Positions 1 to 13,918 are shown, counted from the stretch's first letter. The stretch: 64,000 nt of DNA from Octopus vulgaris (GCA_951406725.2 OX597828.1:69006001-69070000), one strand, 5' to 3'. A program made the numbers and translations. The notes: generated from the sequence alone by a model not told the origin.

Positions 1-1589
1 GTATGCGTGTGTTGTGTGTATGTTCAACCCGTGATATACATGTGTGTGTGTGTGTGTGTGCATGTCTCTGTGTGTGTTTCTGGATGTTTTTGCATGCATT
101 GTGTAATGTTTGTATGTTATCTGCGTGTGAATATGTAGGCATGTGTGCGCGTTTGTGCTCTTGTGTGTGTGAGTATGCGTACATGAATATGTGTGGGCGT
201 CTATGCGTACATGTGTACTTACGAATACATTTGAAGAAGATATGCAGAATGTACCAATCATGGTAGACCAGTGGTAGCTGATAGGATTTGGACATGTGAT
301 TACTTTCTTTTCTAATTAATGGAGAGAAAAATATCTAGCTGATACGGGCGAAGAAAATAATTACAGATGAATCCCAAATCATATCCCATAAGGCAACATA
401 AAAATACAGGTTGGCTATTGAGAATAATAGCCAACCTCAAACACGACACACCAACATCACATACAACTGAAAAAATGCAACTCACAAATAACAAAACAGC
501 AAAATAACAGAAAAATAACAAAAAAGAGAAATAAAAGTAACAGAAAAATTAAAGAAGAAATCATGGAAAACAAAACTGGAAAACATTTGTATCCAATATA
601 AACCTCAAAACAAACAATAAAACAAGATGTAATGTAATTAATGGCGTCATCAACGAGAGAAACAAAAGCGCCATGCCACAAAAATAATCAAAAATAACCT
701 ATCCACACTGAAACACCCGGAAAACACCTTTCTAAGATATTTTTGAAAGAATCCACCAGAAGTGGGCAAAGAACAAAGCGAAAAAATACGCGCTTTCGCT
801 TAAACTAGGATTTGAACTCTTTTTCTCTCCAGTCACCCAAGAAGTAAAAAGAAAACTAAAATCTAAAACAAAAAGCAGGACCAGGCAAAATCCTAAACAT
901 ACTCCCAAAACACTTGAGGCCTGAAAAGTATCAATGAACTTACCAACATATACAAAGTATAACAGTTCTGAAGGCCAACAAAGACCCTAAGCAAAAGAGC
1001 ATCATTCAAACACTTTCATTGAAGGACAGTGAACCTACGGCAAAAACAGAAAACGTGAAGACTGATTTATCTGTGTGTTACGTTAATTCTGTGCCATTTA
1101 CAAGCTGCATCATGTTTCCACGAATGCATATGTGTGAGTTTAGTTGTGTGTGTCTTCATGTGACCTGTGATTGCTGGTAGATGCGAGTATAGCTGAGTAG
1201 GCATGCACATGTGTGAATGTGACTTGTTAGTGTGTGTGTGTGTGTGTGTTGCAAAGAAAAGGTCAATTTTGCCTTTAATCCTTGTCGATTCTTCGAAGTA
1301 CCAGTTACGCACTTGGAGAGGAACGGTTTTATTAAAGAATTTGGAAAATATCTGTCCTTGTTTGTCCTCTCTATGTTTATCCCTCGTGGGTAGTAAAGAA
1401 ATATATATTTATTAACTTATTGAAAAAAAGAAATCAACGTGAAATACATGAACGTTTGTAATGTAAAGGTATGAACAGCCTTTGGATTGAGACATATGAA
1501 AGGATAAGAACTTAAGGGAGAAGGTAAGTCGGCGATCTTTCCACCCTGACAACTGAGACCGGCTTACGATAATGTTTACGTGCATCCAC

Positions 1590-1900
<311 letters not shown>

Positions 1901-2311
1901 ACAGAACACAGACAGACGAAATACTGCTAAGCATTTCGCCCGGCTTGCTAACTGTTTCTGTCTACCAAATCGCTTTACCTTCGGTCTTAATATATATAGA
2001 ATGACTTAAAATTGGTTTTCGTTCCTAATTGCTGAAAGCTTTGGAATAAATTGAGTTGTATTCCTGCAAATACGATTTGTGAATTTCTTTCATGCATTCA
2101 TTTAATCGTAATTAGTCCGTTTCATTAAAACTGCACATATCCACCCTCCACCATCCCTACAGTATAAAGAAATATTGCAAGTGAGAGGTGTCAACCAATT
2201 CAGTTTACACACTGTTTATTTGTGGATGACTTGAAACTTTATGCAAAGAACAAGCATGAAATGCAACATTTATGAGAGTGTGTGCGTGTGCATAACGATA
2301 TAAGACTGACT

Positions 2312-2377
<66 letters not shown>

Positions 2378-2510
2378 AGTATAGCTGCATATGTTTGTGT
2401 GCATATATATGAGTTTAGTTGTGTGTGTCTTCATGTGAACTGTGATTGCGTCGGTAGATGCGAGTATAGCTGAGTAGGCATGTATGTATGTATATGTGAA
2501 TGTAACCATG

Positions 2511-2602
<92 letters not shown>

Positions 2603-2929
2603 GCAAAGAAAATAATTTACCAGACTAGCAACATCTCCATCAATGATTTGACTGTTTCCTCCATATCTGACGAAGAATGTTACAGGTATCTCGGGGTGAA
2701 TTATTTGTAGACATTTTAATTGACAAAAAAAGAAAAGAAAAGAAAAAGAAATCAGTGTGAAATACATGAACGTTTGTAATGTAAAGGTATGAACAGCCTT
2801 TGGATTGAGACATATAAAAGAATAAGAACTTAAGGGAGAAGGTAAGTCGGCGATCTTTCCACCCTGACAACTGAGACCGGCTTACGATAATGTTTACGTG
2901 CAAGCACTACTCATACCAACATTTGGGCT

Positions 2930-3378
2930 GCTTGTTTCAGTCATTTGACTGAGCCATGCTGGAGCACCGCCTTGATTAATGCGCAAATCCGGAAAATACA
3001 AACAAGCACACACACACACGCGCGCGCGCGCGCACGCACACGCACACACATACACACACGCACACACTTGGCACTTATTCATACCAATAAGCTCGGTGCT
3101 TATTCTATCGTCTCTTTTGCCGAACTGTTAAGTTACGGAGACCAAGTACACCAAGTGCATCGGTTGCCAAGCGGTGGGTGGGGACAAATACAGACACACA
3201 GAAACACGCACATAGACGGCACATATATACGACGGGCTTCTTTCTGTTTCCGTCTACCAAATCCTTTCACAAGGCTTTGGTCGACCCGAGGCTATAATAG
3301 AAGACATTTTCCCAATATACCACGCTGTGGAACTGAGCCCAGAACTGTGTGGTTAGGAAGTAAGCTCTTAGCACGCAA
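2930..3378 (-). mobile_element. SINE family C (mosaic copy)
   Basis: Matches 44078-44484 in reverse: TTCCGTCTACCAAATC, CCGAGGCTATA, GGAACTGAGCCC. Confidence 0.75.
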
Positions 3379-3597
3379 CCATGACTCCGAGATGATATAA
3401 TGATTTGGGATAGAGAAGAGAAACTGTGTACAATTGTGGAAATCAGCTGCCCAGTAGATGTTAACATAAAGCTTAAGATCAGTGAAAAAGGTAACACCTA
3501 CGCTGAACTACTGAGAAATCTGCAGCCTTGGCCTAGTTACGACATTCTCAAAGGATGTAAGGTTGGAGATTGGTTAGGATAGATGTTGTTATATGTA

Positions 3598-3823
3598 TAT
3601 TTCTTTATTGCCCACAAGGGGCTAAACATAGAGGGGACAAACAAGGACAGACAAAGGGATTAAGTCGATTACATCGACCCCAGTGCGAAACTGGTACTTT
3701 ATTTATCGACCCCGAAAGGATGAAAGGTAAAGTCGACCTCGGCGGAATTTGAACTCAGAACGTAACGACAGACGAAATACCGCTAAGCATTCTGCCCGGC
3801 GCGCTAACGTGTCTGCCTACGCC
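3598..3823 (-). mobile_element. SINE family B
   Basis: Matches 18595-18825. 14-bp target duplication GATGTTGTTATATG at 3582-3595 and 3824-3837. Confidence 0.9.
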
Positions 3824-5025
3824 GATGTTGTTATATGGTTGTGAAAAGGGGTAGAACTATAAACCAGACTAGCAACATCTCCATCAATGATTTGACTGTT
3901 TCCTCAACACATACATACATACATACTGACGAAGAATGTTACAGGTATCTCGGGGTGCATGAAAACATATCTTACTATGGCACCTGCATGCAACAAAACA
4001 CGTGTCACTAAAGAATATTACAGCCGAATACAAGGAAATTTGGACCTCAGAACTCTCTGCATTCAATAAAACAGTACACAATGAGTTTGCATGCCAGTAC
4101 TCATACCAACATTTGGGCTGCTTGATTGGACGCTTGACGAAATCCGAGCCATTAATGCGCAAATCCGGAAAATACAAACAAGCACACAAAATTTCCACAT
4201 AAACATACGACAGAGAACGCCTCTACCTACATACAGAAAACAAAGCGGCAGAGGCTTAACATCATATCCATAAAATGCTTTTGGATGTCGTATTATATCC
4301 CTTCGGCATACATCTTTTAACCACCAAGTATCGAAGTGCATCCCTTGACCAAGTTTACATACATACATACGATAACATCATAAGACATGGACACAGCTCC
4401 TTCAGCATACATACATACTGATACATACATAGATGCCCATACAGAAGCATACATACATACATACCATAACGTATACATAGATGAAAAGATGACGTATACA
4501 TGAGCATAAGACTATGCATGCATGATACATACTAGTAGATACATACTCGAGATACATACATGATTTGGGATAGAACAGAATACATACATTGTACATACAT
4601 ACATAGCAGATGTTAACATAATACTTACATACAGTGAAAAAAAACATACCTACGCTGAACTATACATACATACATACATACATACTACCAGGTTACAAGT
4701 TCAGGTGTATACCTGTACATTACTGACATACGTACATACACTGCGTATGCATACCAATACATGCATGCATACATTAGGCATTCTCAAACACACATACATA
4801 CATACATACATACATACAGACATACAGATACAATCCATCACTGGAACTGTACAAAATACTGTAAATACTTTGCAGAAGTTTATCATACAAATATATATGA
4901 ACATGTCTTGATATGCACACTATATGCATGAGAATACATATACATACAAGCAAAACATATAAATGTACATACATACATACATACATACATACATACATAC
5001 ATACATACACACATACATACATACA

Positions 5026-5059
<34 letters not shown>

Positions 5060-5564
5060 CATACAAAAATACCCTGTTGTTGATGCTGAAATTCCAATGA
5101 AGGAACCTTTCTCTATTGGCAAGAAATCTTGAAATAAAGCTGAAGAATGACATACATACATACATACATACATGCATACATGTGTACGTACTTTCATACA
5201 TACACACACACACATCTAAATTGAGAATGTTCAACAGGTAAAATGTACACTACATATGTTTCTTAACTAGCTGAAACTCATGATGCTATTGTTATGTAAT
5301 GAACTCTACTCAACGTAGTTAATCATCAAGCTAAGATTACCTTAATGAAAATTACATTATCGCATGGAATTTCTAAGTTAGTCACAACACAATGAACTCA
5401 CCTGTTTCACTCCTTCAATTTGGATTTTCATTCGCATTCCAGCAGCATTCGTTGCTAATAGTGAGCCAGATAGAAACTATCAGATTATCGAATTTTTTCG
5501 CAACTTCAATATGGGAAAAAGTATGTAAGTCTCGATACCAATAAACTGTTATAGTATCTTATTG

Positions 5565-5882
5565 TATCGTCGGTTATGGCGACAAGTGTTTTAGTTGATG
5601 CGATCAATGAAACAGCCAGCATGCTCGTGAAATTGAAGTGCAAGTGGCTGAGCACTCCACAGACACGCGTACTCTTCACGTAGTTCTCAGAGAGATTCAA
5701 CATGACACAGAATGTGACATGGTTGGCCCTTTTAAATTACAGGTAAAATTCAATTTTGCCAGCTGAGTGGACTGGAGCAATGAGAAATAAAGTGTCTTGC
5801 TCAAGAACACAACGCACTTCCAAGAATCGAACTCACGGTCTTACAATGGTGAGCTGAATACCTACCCACTAAGTCACGCGCT
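5565..5882 (-). mobile_element. tRNA-headed SINE with TGTGTTCTTGAGCAAGACACTT central block and the same 3' tail as 41523-41905
   Basis: A-box-like TGACTTAGTGG, B box GAGTTCGATTCTT, tail GAGAACTACG..GTGTCTGTGGAGTGCTCAGCCACTT..AATTTCACGAGCA shared with 41780-41845. Confidence 0.8.
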
Positions 5883-5887
5883 ATCGC

Positions 5888-6325
<438 letters not shown>

Positions 6326-6925
6326 AGGAGACAGAGACAAAGACAGTGCCACTGAGAGGATAGTTTCAACCGAGAAATATCTTTAGTACTTTGCAAGAGA
6401 GGGCTGGAACGAGAGGCTGCCTTGTTTGAATAGATCTCCAGTAAACAGCTGGGATGTACAACAAAGCTGAACACATTTGATGACATATGACACCAATTAA
6501 CATTGTCGTTTAGCACGTCCTCAGCCTAATGCTACTGCTAATACTACCACTACAGAAAGTCATGAGATTGGAGCCATTCTTTGGTGGGGAGGGGCAACAG
6601 ATAAAGATATATATATAAGCATAAATAATGATGAAAAAAAAAAAGGAAACAGATAAGGAGGGGAAAAGAATTGAATTTATTGTGGGAGAGAAAATGTGAA
6701 GGGGTTGAGATAATGAAAAGAAAGAAGAAAAAATGGAAAAGATAAAAATAAAAAAAATAAAAATAAATGAAACAAATAGCAAAAAGAAAAAGAAGTTTGA
6801 TAAAGTTACAGATGAAAGTAAAAATTCTTAATTATTTTTCATAACAGCTCCATGGCTTTGTGAAGATTTATGATGGGTGATGTGTGTGTTGTCATAGTCA
6901 AATAAGAGACAGCAGCAGCAGCGGT

Positions 6926-7294
6926 GGAGGCGCAATGGCCCAGTGGTTACGGGCAGCGAACTCGCGGTCGGAGGATCGCGGTTTCGATTCCCAGACCGGG
7001 CGTTGTGTGTGTTTATTGAGCGAAAACACCTAAAGCTCCACGAGGCTCCGGCAGGGGTGGGGATGGGGGTGGCGACACCTGTTGTACTCTTTCGCCCCAA
7101 CTTTCTCTCACTCTTTCTTCCTGTTTCTTGTCCCCGACTTCCTACACAACCGCTGAGCCTGGATGCGCATTCATCCATCCGTCGATGCTCTCGGTGTCGG
7201 GGGTTGACCTGCTTTCTCTTCTGCGGGTCTTACGAATAGCAAAAGACCACGATTCGAACTTCTCCTACTCTGGGACGAAAACCGCTTCGCTCAA
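6926..7294 (+). mobile_element. SINE family A (tRNA-derived head)
   Basis: TGGCCCAGTGG A box, GGTTTCGATTCCC B box. Near-identical copies at 15617, 16264 and 45789. 13-bp duplication CAGCAGCAGCGGT at 6913-6925 and 7295-7307. Confidence 0.9.
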
Positions 7295-7322
7295 CAGCAG
7301 CAGCGGTTTGATGTCAGACAGG

Positions 7323-7397
<75 letters not shown>

Positions 7398-7869
7398 TAT
7401 TAATGTCTGTGTATGCACTCATGTATACTTACATATATGAATGTTTTTGAGTTAATGTGTTCGTGAACGAACATTTCTATGTTCGAAGTTTCGAACTCAC
7501 CGTCACCCCTTTTCTTGGAAACATATAATATATAAATGCAATTTGAATAGACCATGTGTTCAGAGCTTAGGGATTGCTAGGAGACGGAGGATGTCTTATA
7601 AAACCTGCTTAAACCAAAGCAAGAAATTACTAGTAGTTCATATCTTTAAACTGTGTACACTAAATGATATGCATGCATGCGTATGTATGTATGTATGTAT
7701 GTATGTATGTATGTATGTATGTATGTATGTATGTATGTATGTATGTATGTATGTATGTACAGACAGATAGAGAGAGAAGGGGGGAGAGAGAAAGAGTGAA
7801 TGTGAGAGAGTGAGTGAGTGAGAGAGAAAGAAATGAAGATATATATCGCAGATCAAATGTTTTAGTTTG

Positions 7870-7942
7870 GAAACTCCACTTTCGTTAATGCAGTAGCTTA
7901 TCAGTTTCCGATGAGCTTTAGAATTAGCGAAAGTAGAGTTTC
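7870..7942. other. Small fold-back of a degenerate hammerhead-like motif
   Basis: 7870-7904 is an imperfect reverse complement of 7908-7942. Arms read CCGATGA-GCT..AGC-GAAAG and CTGATAA-GCT..AAC-GAAAG. Confidence 0.5.
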
Positions 7943-8032
7943 TTTCCTATAACATTAAATCTGTACATTATCAGTAATTCGTATAGATTCCGCTTTGGAT
8001 ATCTGATTCAAGAATTTACATGAGTGTGTGCG

Positions 8033-8084
<52 letters not shown>

Positions 8085-9501
8085 TATTCTACACATGGAA
8101 ATTCATACGAATATGCGAAAAAAATGGCGCGTATTTAGCTATTATTTTTAGCACATCTTATGACCACCTCATACCTCATGTGTTTTAAGCATTTAGTAAG
8201 CGAGAAAGGACCACGTAGATAAACAGCTTGGTTTCTTACTATGGAAACAAACATCTATATGTCTGTGGCGTTCGATTAGCTAAAATTGATTTATGGCGAA
8301 AATGAATTTCATGCCAATAATTACCATACAAAACTACACCAACACACCAAATATGAAATTAATTGGAACAAAAATTAAAGAAATTGAAAGGTGGCAGCCA
8401 AACAGAAAAGATCCAAATCGGCGACTAGATTTTCGAAATATATTTGGAGATTAAAGCAATACCTTTAACATAAACTGGTCGATCTTTGTTTTCGCACCTG
8501 CTTAAGCATCGTAACAGTAGACAGAAGCTGGGTTGACACCTTTGCCAAAACGATTTTAATATCACTGACACACAGGAGAAAGTTGAATTCAAGGTCATTA
8601 GGAATTGTAGATGGAAGTATTGGCTATGTAGCGTTCCCAGGAGAAACCCATTGCAGAAAAAATTCCAAATGGAAATTTTTGACTTTTTTATTTTCAATTC
8701 CTTCTTCATTTTTAACGTACCTATTTCTTTAAAACCTAATCTACGTTGTAGATTGTTTTTAACATACTACGGCTTTTGAACGTGAAGTCAATTTGGAATA
8801 CCTGAAAATGATATTTTTCTCACCGTGTGTTTCTCCAGTTCATTTTCTCATTTGATTTTTTTAGTATATGAGCGTGAATGATGTTTTGTGAACGGCCTAA
8901 TACACCTCCACTAGATGTGATAGAATTGTATCGTAATTTCTATTTATTTATCCATTTAGTTTTCAGTCAGTATACATTTGGTAAGGTTACAATGATAATT
9001 TATTTATCAACCCCTTTAATTTCAGCTGATGCATAAATAGATATTTTGAAGAAATTTGGTGTTATCTCAAGCTTGTACGTGAGTTGTGAGCTTCAGGATG
9101 AGAGTAAAGGCAAAGAAATGGAATTGGGATATGGTAAAAAAAATATGGAGAGGAAGTGAGGATAGAGTTTATTTAGATTATTAACAGTATTAGCTAGCCT
9201 AATTAAGTATGGTGTAAGGCTCACTGTTTGTGCAAATAACCAGGGTTATTTTTGCTTTCTATTTAATGCTACGCAGACTCTCCCTATACTATTAATTCGA
9301 TGTGTTATTAATAATGTCGACGATTCTTTTCCCTTCTTTCACTCCCTTTTATCCCCACATCTCTCTATCTGGTTGACATGCACTCTGGTTCCCTCCCACG
9401 GTCATCACATCCGCCTCTGGACTGAGTCATCCTTTTCACTCGTTACTCCTGATTCTGCAACTAACTTCCTTTCCAACCTCACTTGTCATAATATGAGTGA
9501 C

Positions 9502-9651
9502 GTAACTCTCATACAAAATGGCGTCCTAGGGCCTAACGTTTTCTCAGGACTACGTTTTTCATGCTCTTATTATCTATATATTTTATTTGTTTTATATTTT
9601 TACTTTAATGTTTTACAATTTCTGCTTTGTTTTTAAAGTTTTTCTAAGTTT
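9502..9651 (+). repeat. ~150-bp sequence repeated at 25481-25631
   Basis: GTAACTCTCATACAAAATGGCGTCCTAG...AAAGTTTTTCTAAGTTT at both loci with few differences. Confidence 0.85.
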
Positions 9652-10054
9652 CATTTTGTCTCGCGTAAAACGCATTTTTGTCAAACGTACGAGTTCCAAT
9701 TTTTTTATCTTACGTGCGAGCTCTCAAACTCCCAAACAGCGTTAATCTTCTTGTTTTAGCATACTTGAAACTGCTGAGTAGGCTGGTCTGCTTTTCGTGT
9801 CGAAACTGATGATATCAGCTGAGGATGGGATTTTCCCTGTTTATGCAGTGTTTTTTCGTTCATTCGTTGGTGTCTCTTCATCACCAACTCAAGAAACTCT
9901 TTTTTTAGTTCTACTTCTACTTGTAATTTCCTTATTTCTCATGCTGTGGGTTTGTTAGAAATTTGTAGAGGGACCAATTGTTACATATAATTTTACATTA
10001 GATTCATTTAATTAGAAATTTTAAAGTTTTAATAAAAGATATGAGCCCATGTCG

Positions 10055-10248
10055 CCATGATAGATCGTTAGTCACTACACACGTTTTTTTTCTCTCCTTG
10101 TTTCTCTCCTTGTTTTTTTCTGTCCTTTTCTGTAGAAGAGCGTAGGCTCGAAACGTAAAAGACTTTTTCTATTCTTGAGCGTTATACTAATACATCTGTT
10201 TGTTTTGTACACCACCTGTCTTCGTCTTTTGTTTTCGTAAACTCTCCC
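10055..10248 (+). mobile_element. Penelope-like non-autonomous/pLTR fragment with minimal hammerhead motif (10126-10161)
   Basis: TTTT-CTGTAGA-A-GAGC-gtag-GCTC-GAAACGTA-AAAG. Second copy at 17540-17719 (-). 3' end abuts (TA)n. Confidence 0.7.
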
Positions 10249-10348
<100 letters not shown>

Positions 10349-10409
10349 CATACATACATACATACATACATACATACATACATACATACATACAAACTTA
10401 CATACATAC

Positions 10410-10960
10410 ATGGTGGCTGCCCCCTCGTTATCGTGTATGGCCATTGCACGAAGCTTAATCAATGTTGTTATCGTGCAATGCCTGTGCAAGAAGATTTTTT
10501 TTAAGTGAGGAAAGCTGTGCACAGAGTCAATCCCACTCACTAAGCAACAGCAGCCATAATCCGAAAAGAAGAACAAGTCAACATCATCGGTAACCACTGA
10601 GCCGCAGGTTTTATGTCGGAGTTATCCCAGTTACCTGAGTTACCTTCTCCTAGAAGGATGCCTTAACAAAGGCTAGGAGTCCTTCACTCCCAATGGTTTA
10701 ACTGCGCGATCGCGTATTCAGTCCGATTATTTCTATGTCCCCGCGCATGATACAGCCTTAAGAAATTTATTGGATGGCCGTTGACTCTCAAGAGCTCTTC
10801 CGACCTTTGACGAGTTTGTTTTTCATCCCTCAGGGTGTCCAATAAACACCCTCCTCGCCAAGCAAGCTTGGTGGGGTTGCCGGTTTAGTCGCCAACGACC
10901 CGACCATGCAACAGGTTGTACTGGGTTACATGTTACCAGTAGCACTCGAAAGTGACCTGA
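10410..10960 (-). mobile_element. Non-autonomous RTE-derived element (5' UTR-like part joined to RTE 3' tail) inside (CATA)n
   Basis: 3' tail TAAGCTTCGTGCAATGGCCATAC.CGATAACGAGGGGGCAGCCA is shared with the RTE ORF end at 26512-26630. CTAGGAGAAGGTAACTC block typical of RTE 5' regions. (CATA)n on both sides. Confidence 0.7.
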
Positions 10961-11039
10961 CATACATACATACATGCATACATACATACATACATACATA
11001 CATACATACATACATACATACATACATACATACATACGT

Positions 11040-11098
<59 letters not shown>

Positions 11099-11274
11099 TG
11101 TGTGTGTATACGAGTAAATGAATATCTACACATATCGAACATAACACGTTGCAGCTGCTCTGCTCTGAGACATACAATCTTAAAGTGCTCCATAAATAAT
11201 GAACAACAAGTTAGAATATTCGGGCTACGGTACGGAATAATATATCTTTACCTATTTATTTATTTCTCTCACTC

Positions 11275-11331
<57 letters not shown>

Positions 11332-11732
11332 CAACCGGTACATATCAACATCGACCAGGTTTAACTTCACGCTGTTTGTGTGAATATTTCACCAAGTCTA
11401 CCTAAAGAACTATCTGTATCAAGAGACTCGTGCACGGCATTGAGGCCACAACTTCTACATGTATAGTAACCGGCCTCTCCAAACTGACAGCCAACATCTT
11501 GTTATAGAACTCTTACTATTGTGTGCCTCATGAACTGGTAAACAATTTCCATCTTAACTCAATATGCTGAGACTTATCTTATGCTCTGTATTCCTGTTGT
11601 ATATGTATACACCTTTGTCTGTACCTTCTGTCGCACACACAAACACACAGACACAAATACTATGCGCACGCATTCATACACAACACTACGCTAGCACTCA
11701 CAACACTTTCACTTTTTACACTGTGTAAATAA

Positions 11733-12290
11733 AGTTAGTTAGTTAATTTTTTGGCTCAAAAAGCAAAAAAGCAAGGCCATGTAGTGGGACATGGAGTTAT
11801 GTACAGGGTGGTGTTCATGTAAATAGTTCAGGCCACTTGTGGTCAAGGGAGACTTTGAACTGAGCGGTTGTCGGCATCTTCACCATCTCGTCCGGCAGCT
11901 TATTCCACGGATCCGCAACCCGGACGGAGAAAGCTCCTCTCCTTCGATTGAGATGAAATCGTCGCAGATAGAGCTTTTCGGAGTAACCCCGCAGCCGACA
12001 CTCTGGAGCAGGAGTGAAGAACAGCTCCTTCGAGAGGTTACACTTTCCGCTTATGATGTTGTGAGCAAGAATGAGATCTCCACGGCGGCGGCGTTTTTCT
12101 AGAGAATAAAGGTCGAGCGTCTTCAGCCTTTCTTCATAAGACAAATTCTTGAGACCAAGAACTATGCGGGTAGCCAGCTTCTGGACTCTTTCGAGATGCT
12201 GTATGTCTTTGAGGAGATAAGGAGAAGAGGCTTGAATCCCGTACTCCAATATGGGTCACACCAGCGTGACATAGAGCGGTAGGAATAAGT
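11733..12290 (-). mobile_element. 5'-truncated CR1-group LINE (ORF2 C-terminus + 3' UTR)
   Basis: PYLLKDIQHLERVQKLATRIVLGLKNLSYEERLKTLDLYSLEKRRRRGDLI...FSVRVADPWNKLP; (TAAC)n tail. Confidence 0.92.
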
Positions 12291-13199
12291 CTTCTTCTCT
12301 CTCAAACAGTAGAACGGCTTGTCGTCCTTCATTATATCTTTTGGCACTGTATTTTATATCATGTATTTGGCTTCTTGTTTTGTTAGGGATGACCGCGCGG
12401 CGTTCAAAAGGAGACATTTGTCACCAACTCCTTGCGTACGGTCGTATATATTTCCTACAAGTTTTAGCGGCACTTTTTACCCAGCTCTATTTTCTCAGGG
12501 ACTTTTCCCATCAGTTTTAACTCATAATTTATAGAAAAAATGTTTCGTCGTTAACAAAGGTTTAATAAACCTGTGTCCGTTTAAACCCCTTAACTCCCTA
12601 TCCTTGTCTTCTATCTGTGTCAACTAGAATTCTTTACGCTTTAAAATTCGTTCTCCTACTCAAATCGTTCGGAGCGGGTCTTATCTGCTTTTGAGCAATC
12701 TGAAATATTCTAACCCATTGTAATGCTTCATAACTTATTTCCAGTAAAAGACTTGCAGATAACCTTTCCATTTTGCTTTTTATCTAACTCTCTAAATTTT
12801 TCTTTTTTCAAATTAAGTTTTCCCTTTTTTTTTCTTCCTATCCGGTCTTCCGTAACTATAATTCATTGCATTATTTATTTATTTATTTATTTATTCACTT
12901 TTGCTTTCGTTAATTCCTCTCATCTGTTCTTGCTTAATTCCTTTTCCTCTTCCCTTACTCAGCCTTCCGTAATTCTTTCTTACTCGCCTTCCATACCACT
13001 TAAGTCTGCTTGTTTCACTTCAGTCTTAGATAAAACCGTATCAGTAATAGACACTTAAGCAAACAACTCGCCAAGGCATTAAGTTTTCAAATAAACCATT
13101 CCAGTTACATTTCAACGTTTTATTACAGCAATAAAAAAAACAAGCTAAATAAATAAACAAATAAAACGATAGCTGACGTCATCATATATACATTTTTCT

Positions 13200-13232
<33 letters not shown>

Positions 13233-13534
13233 GCGGCGTGGATGTTTTTTTTTATTTACTTATTTGTTTTATTTACTCGTTTTTTTTTTCGTTTCCTTCT
13301 TTGGCTTCTTTCTCTCTCTGCCTTAATGATGCCTATTTACCAGCCTTTGACAAGAGTAAAGAGAGGTCTTTACACTGTCCCGCGATAAAGGAAGTAATGC
13401 ATGTGCATGCGTGTGCGCGCGCTCGTGAGTACAGGCTTGCTTTTTTTCTTCATCATAGATGAGTCACATGAGAGAGACAAGGGTGACTTGACTTAGGAGA
13501 CAGGAAAGACAGCGGACTTTCGATGGCGCAAAGG

Positions 13535-13772
13535 TGGCGGTGGTGGTGGTGGTGATGTTGGCAATGATGTTATGATAGTGATGGTAATGATGATGATGGT
13601 GATGATGATGATGATGATGATGATGAGGATGATGATGATGACGATGATGATGATGATGATGATGGTGGTTGTGGTGGTGGTGGTGGTGGTGGTGGCGGTG
13701 GTGATGGTGGTGATGCTGGCAATGATGTTATGATAGTGATGGTAATGATGATGATGGTGATGATGATGATGG

Positions 13773-13810
<38 letters not shown>

Positions 13811-13918
13811 GTGGTTGTGGTGGTGGTGGTGGTGGTGGTGGTGGTGGTGGTGGTGATGGTGGTGATGGTGGTGATGGTGGCAATGATGTTATGATAGTGA
13901 TGGTAATAATGATGATGG

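Larger units (their letters stand above)
2160..5150 (+). mobile_element. Fragmented R4/Dong-like non-LTR retrotransposon (RT + restriction-like endonuclease), scrambled with SINE and (CATA)n sequence
   Basis: FTHCLFVDDLKLYAKN (~2203-2250), SISDEECYRYLGV (~2660-2700 and ~3925-3957), MPVLIPTFGLLDWTLDEIR and RKQSGRGL (~4090-4260), IWDREEKLCTIVEISCPVDVNI..K..EK...Y (3400-3520, PD-(D/E)xK-type endonuclease region). The 3' end AATAAAGCTGAAGAATGA runs into (CATA)n at ~5150. Confidence 0.75.

Noticed and set aside
430-1040. A-rich strand-biased tract, possibly the 5' part of the R4-like LINE
   Set aside because: No recognisable motif could be read.
6926-7000. tRNA genes at SINE heads
   Set aside because: A/B boxes are present, but there is no complete cloverleaf and each runs into a SINE body.
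9770-9815. CTGCTGA...CGAAAC hammerhead candidate; similar weak ones at 25410-25445, 33054-33090 and 47560-47580
   Set aside because: Cores or stems too degraded to call individually.
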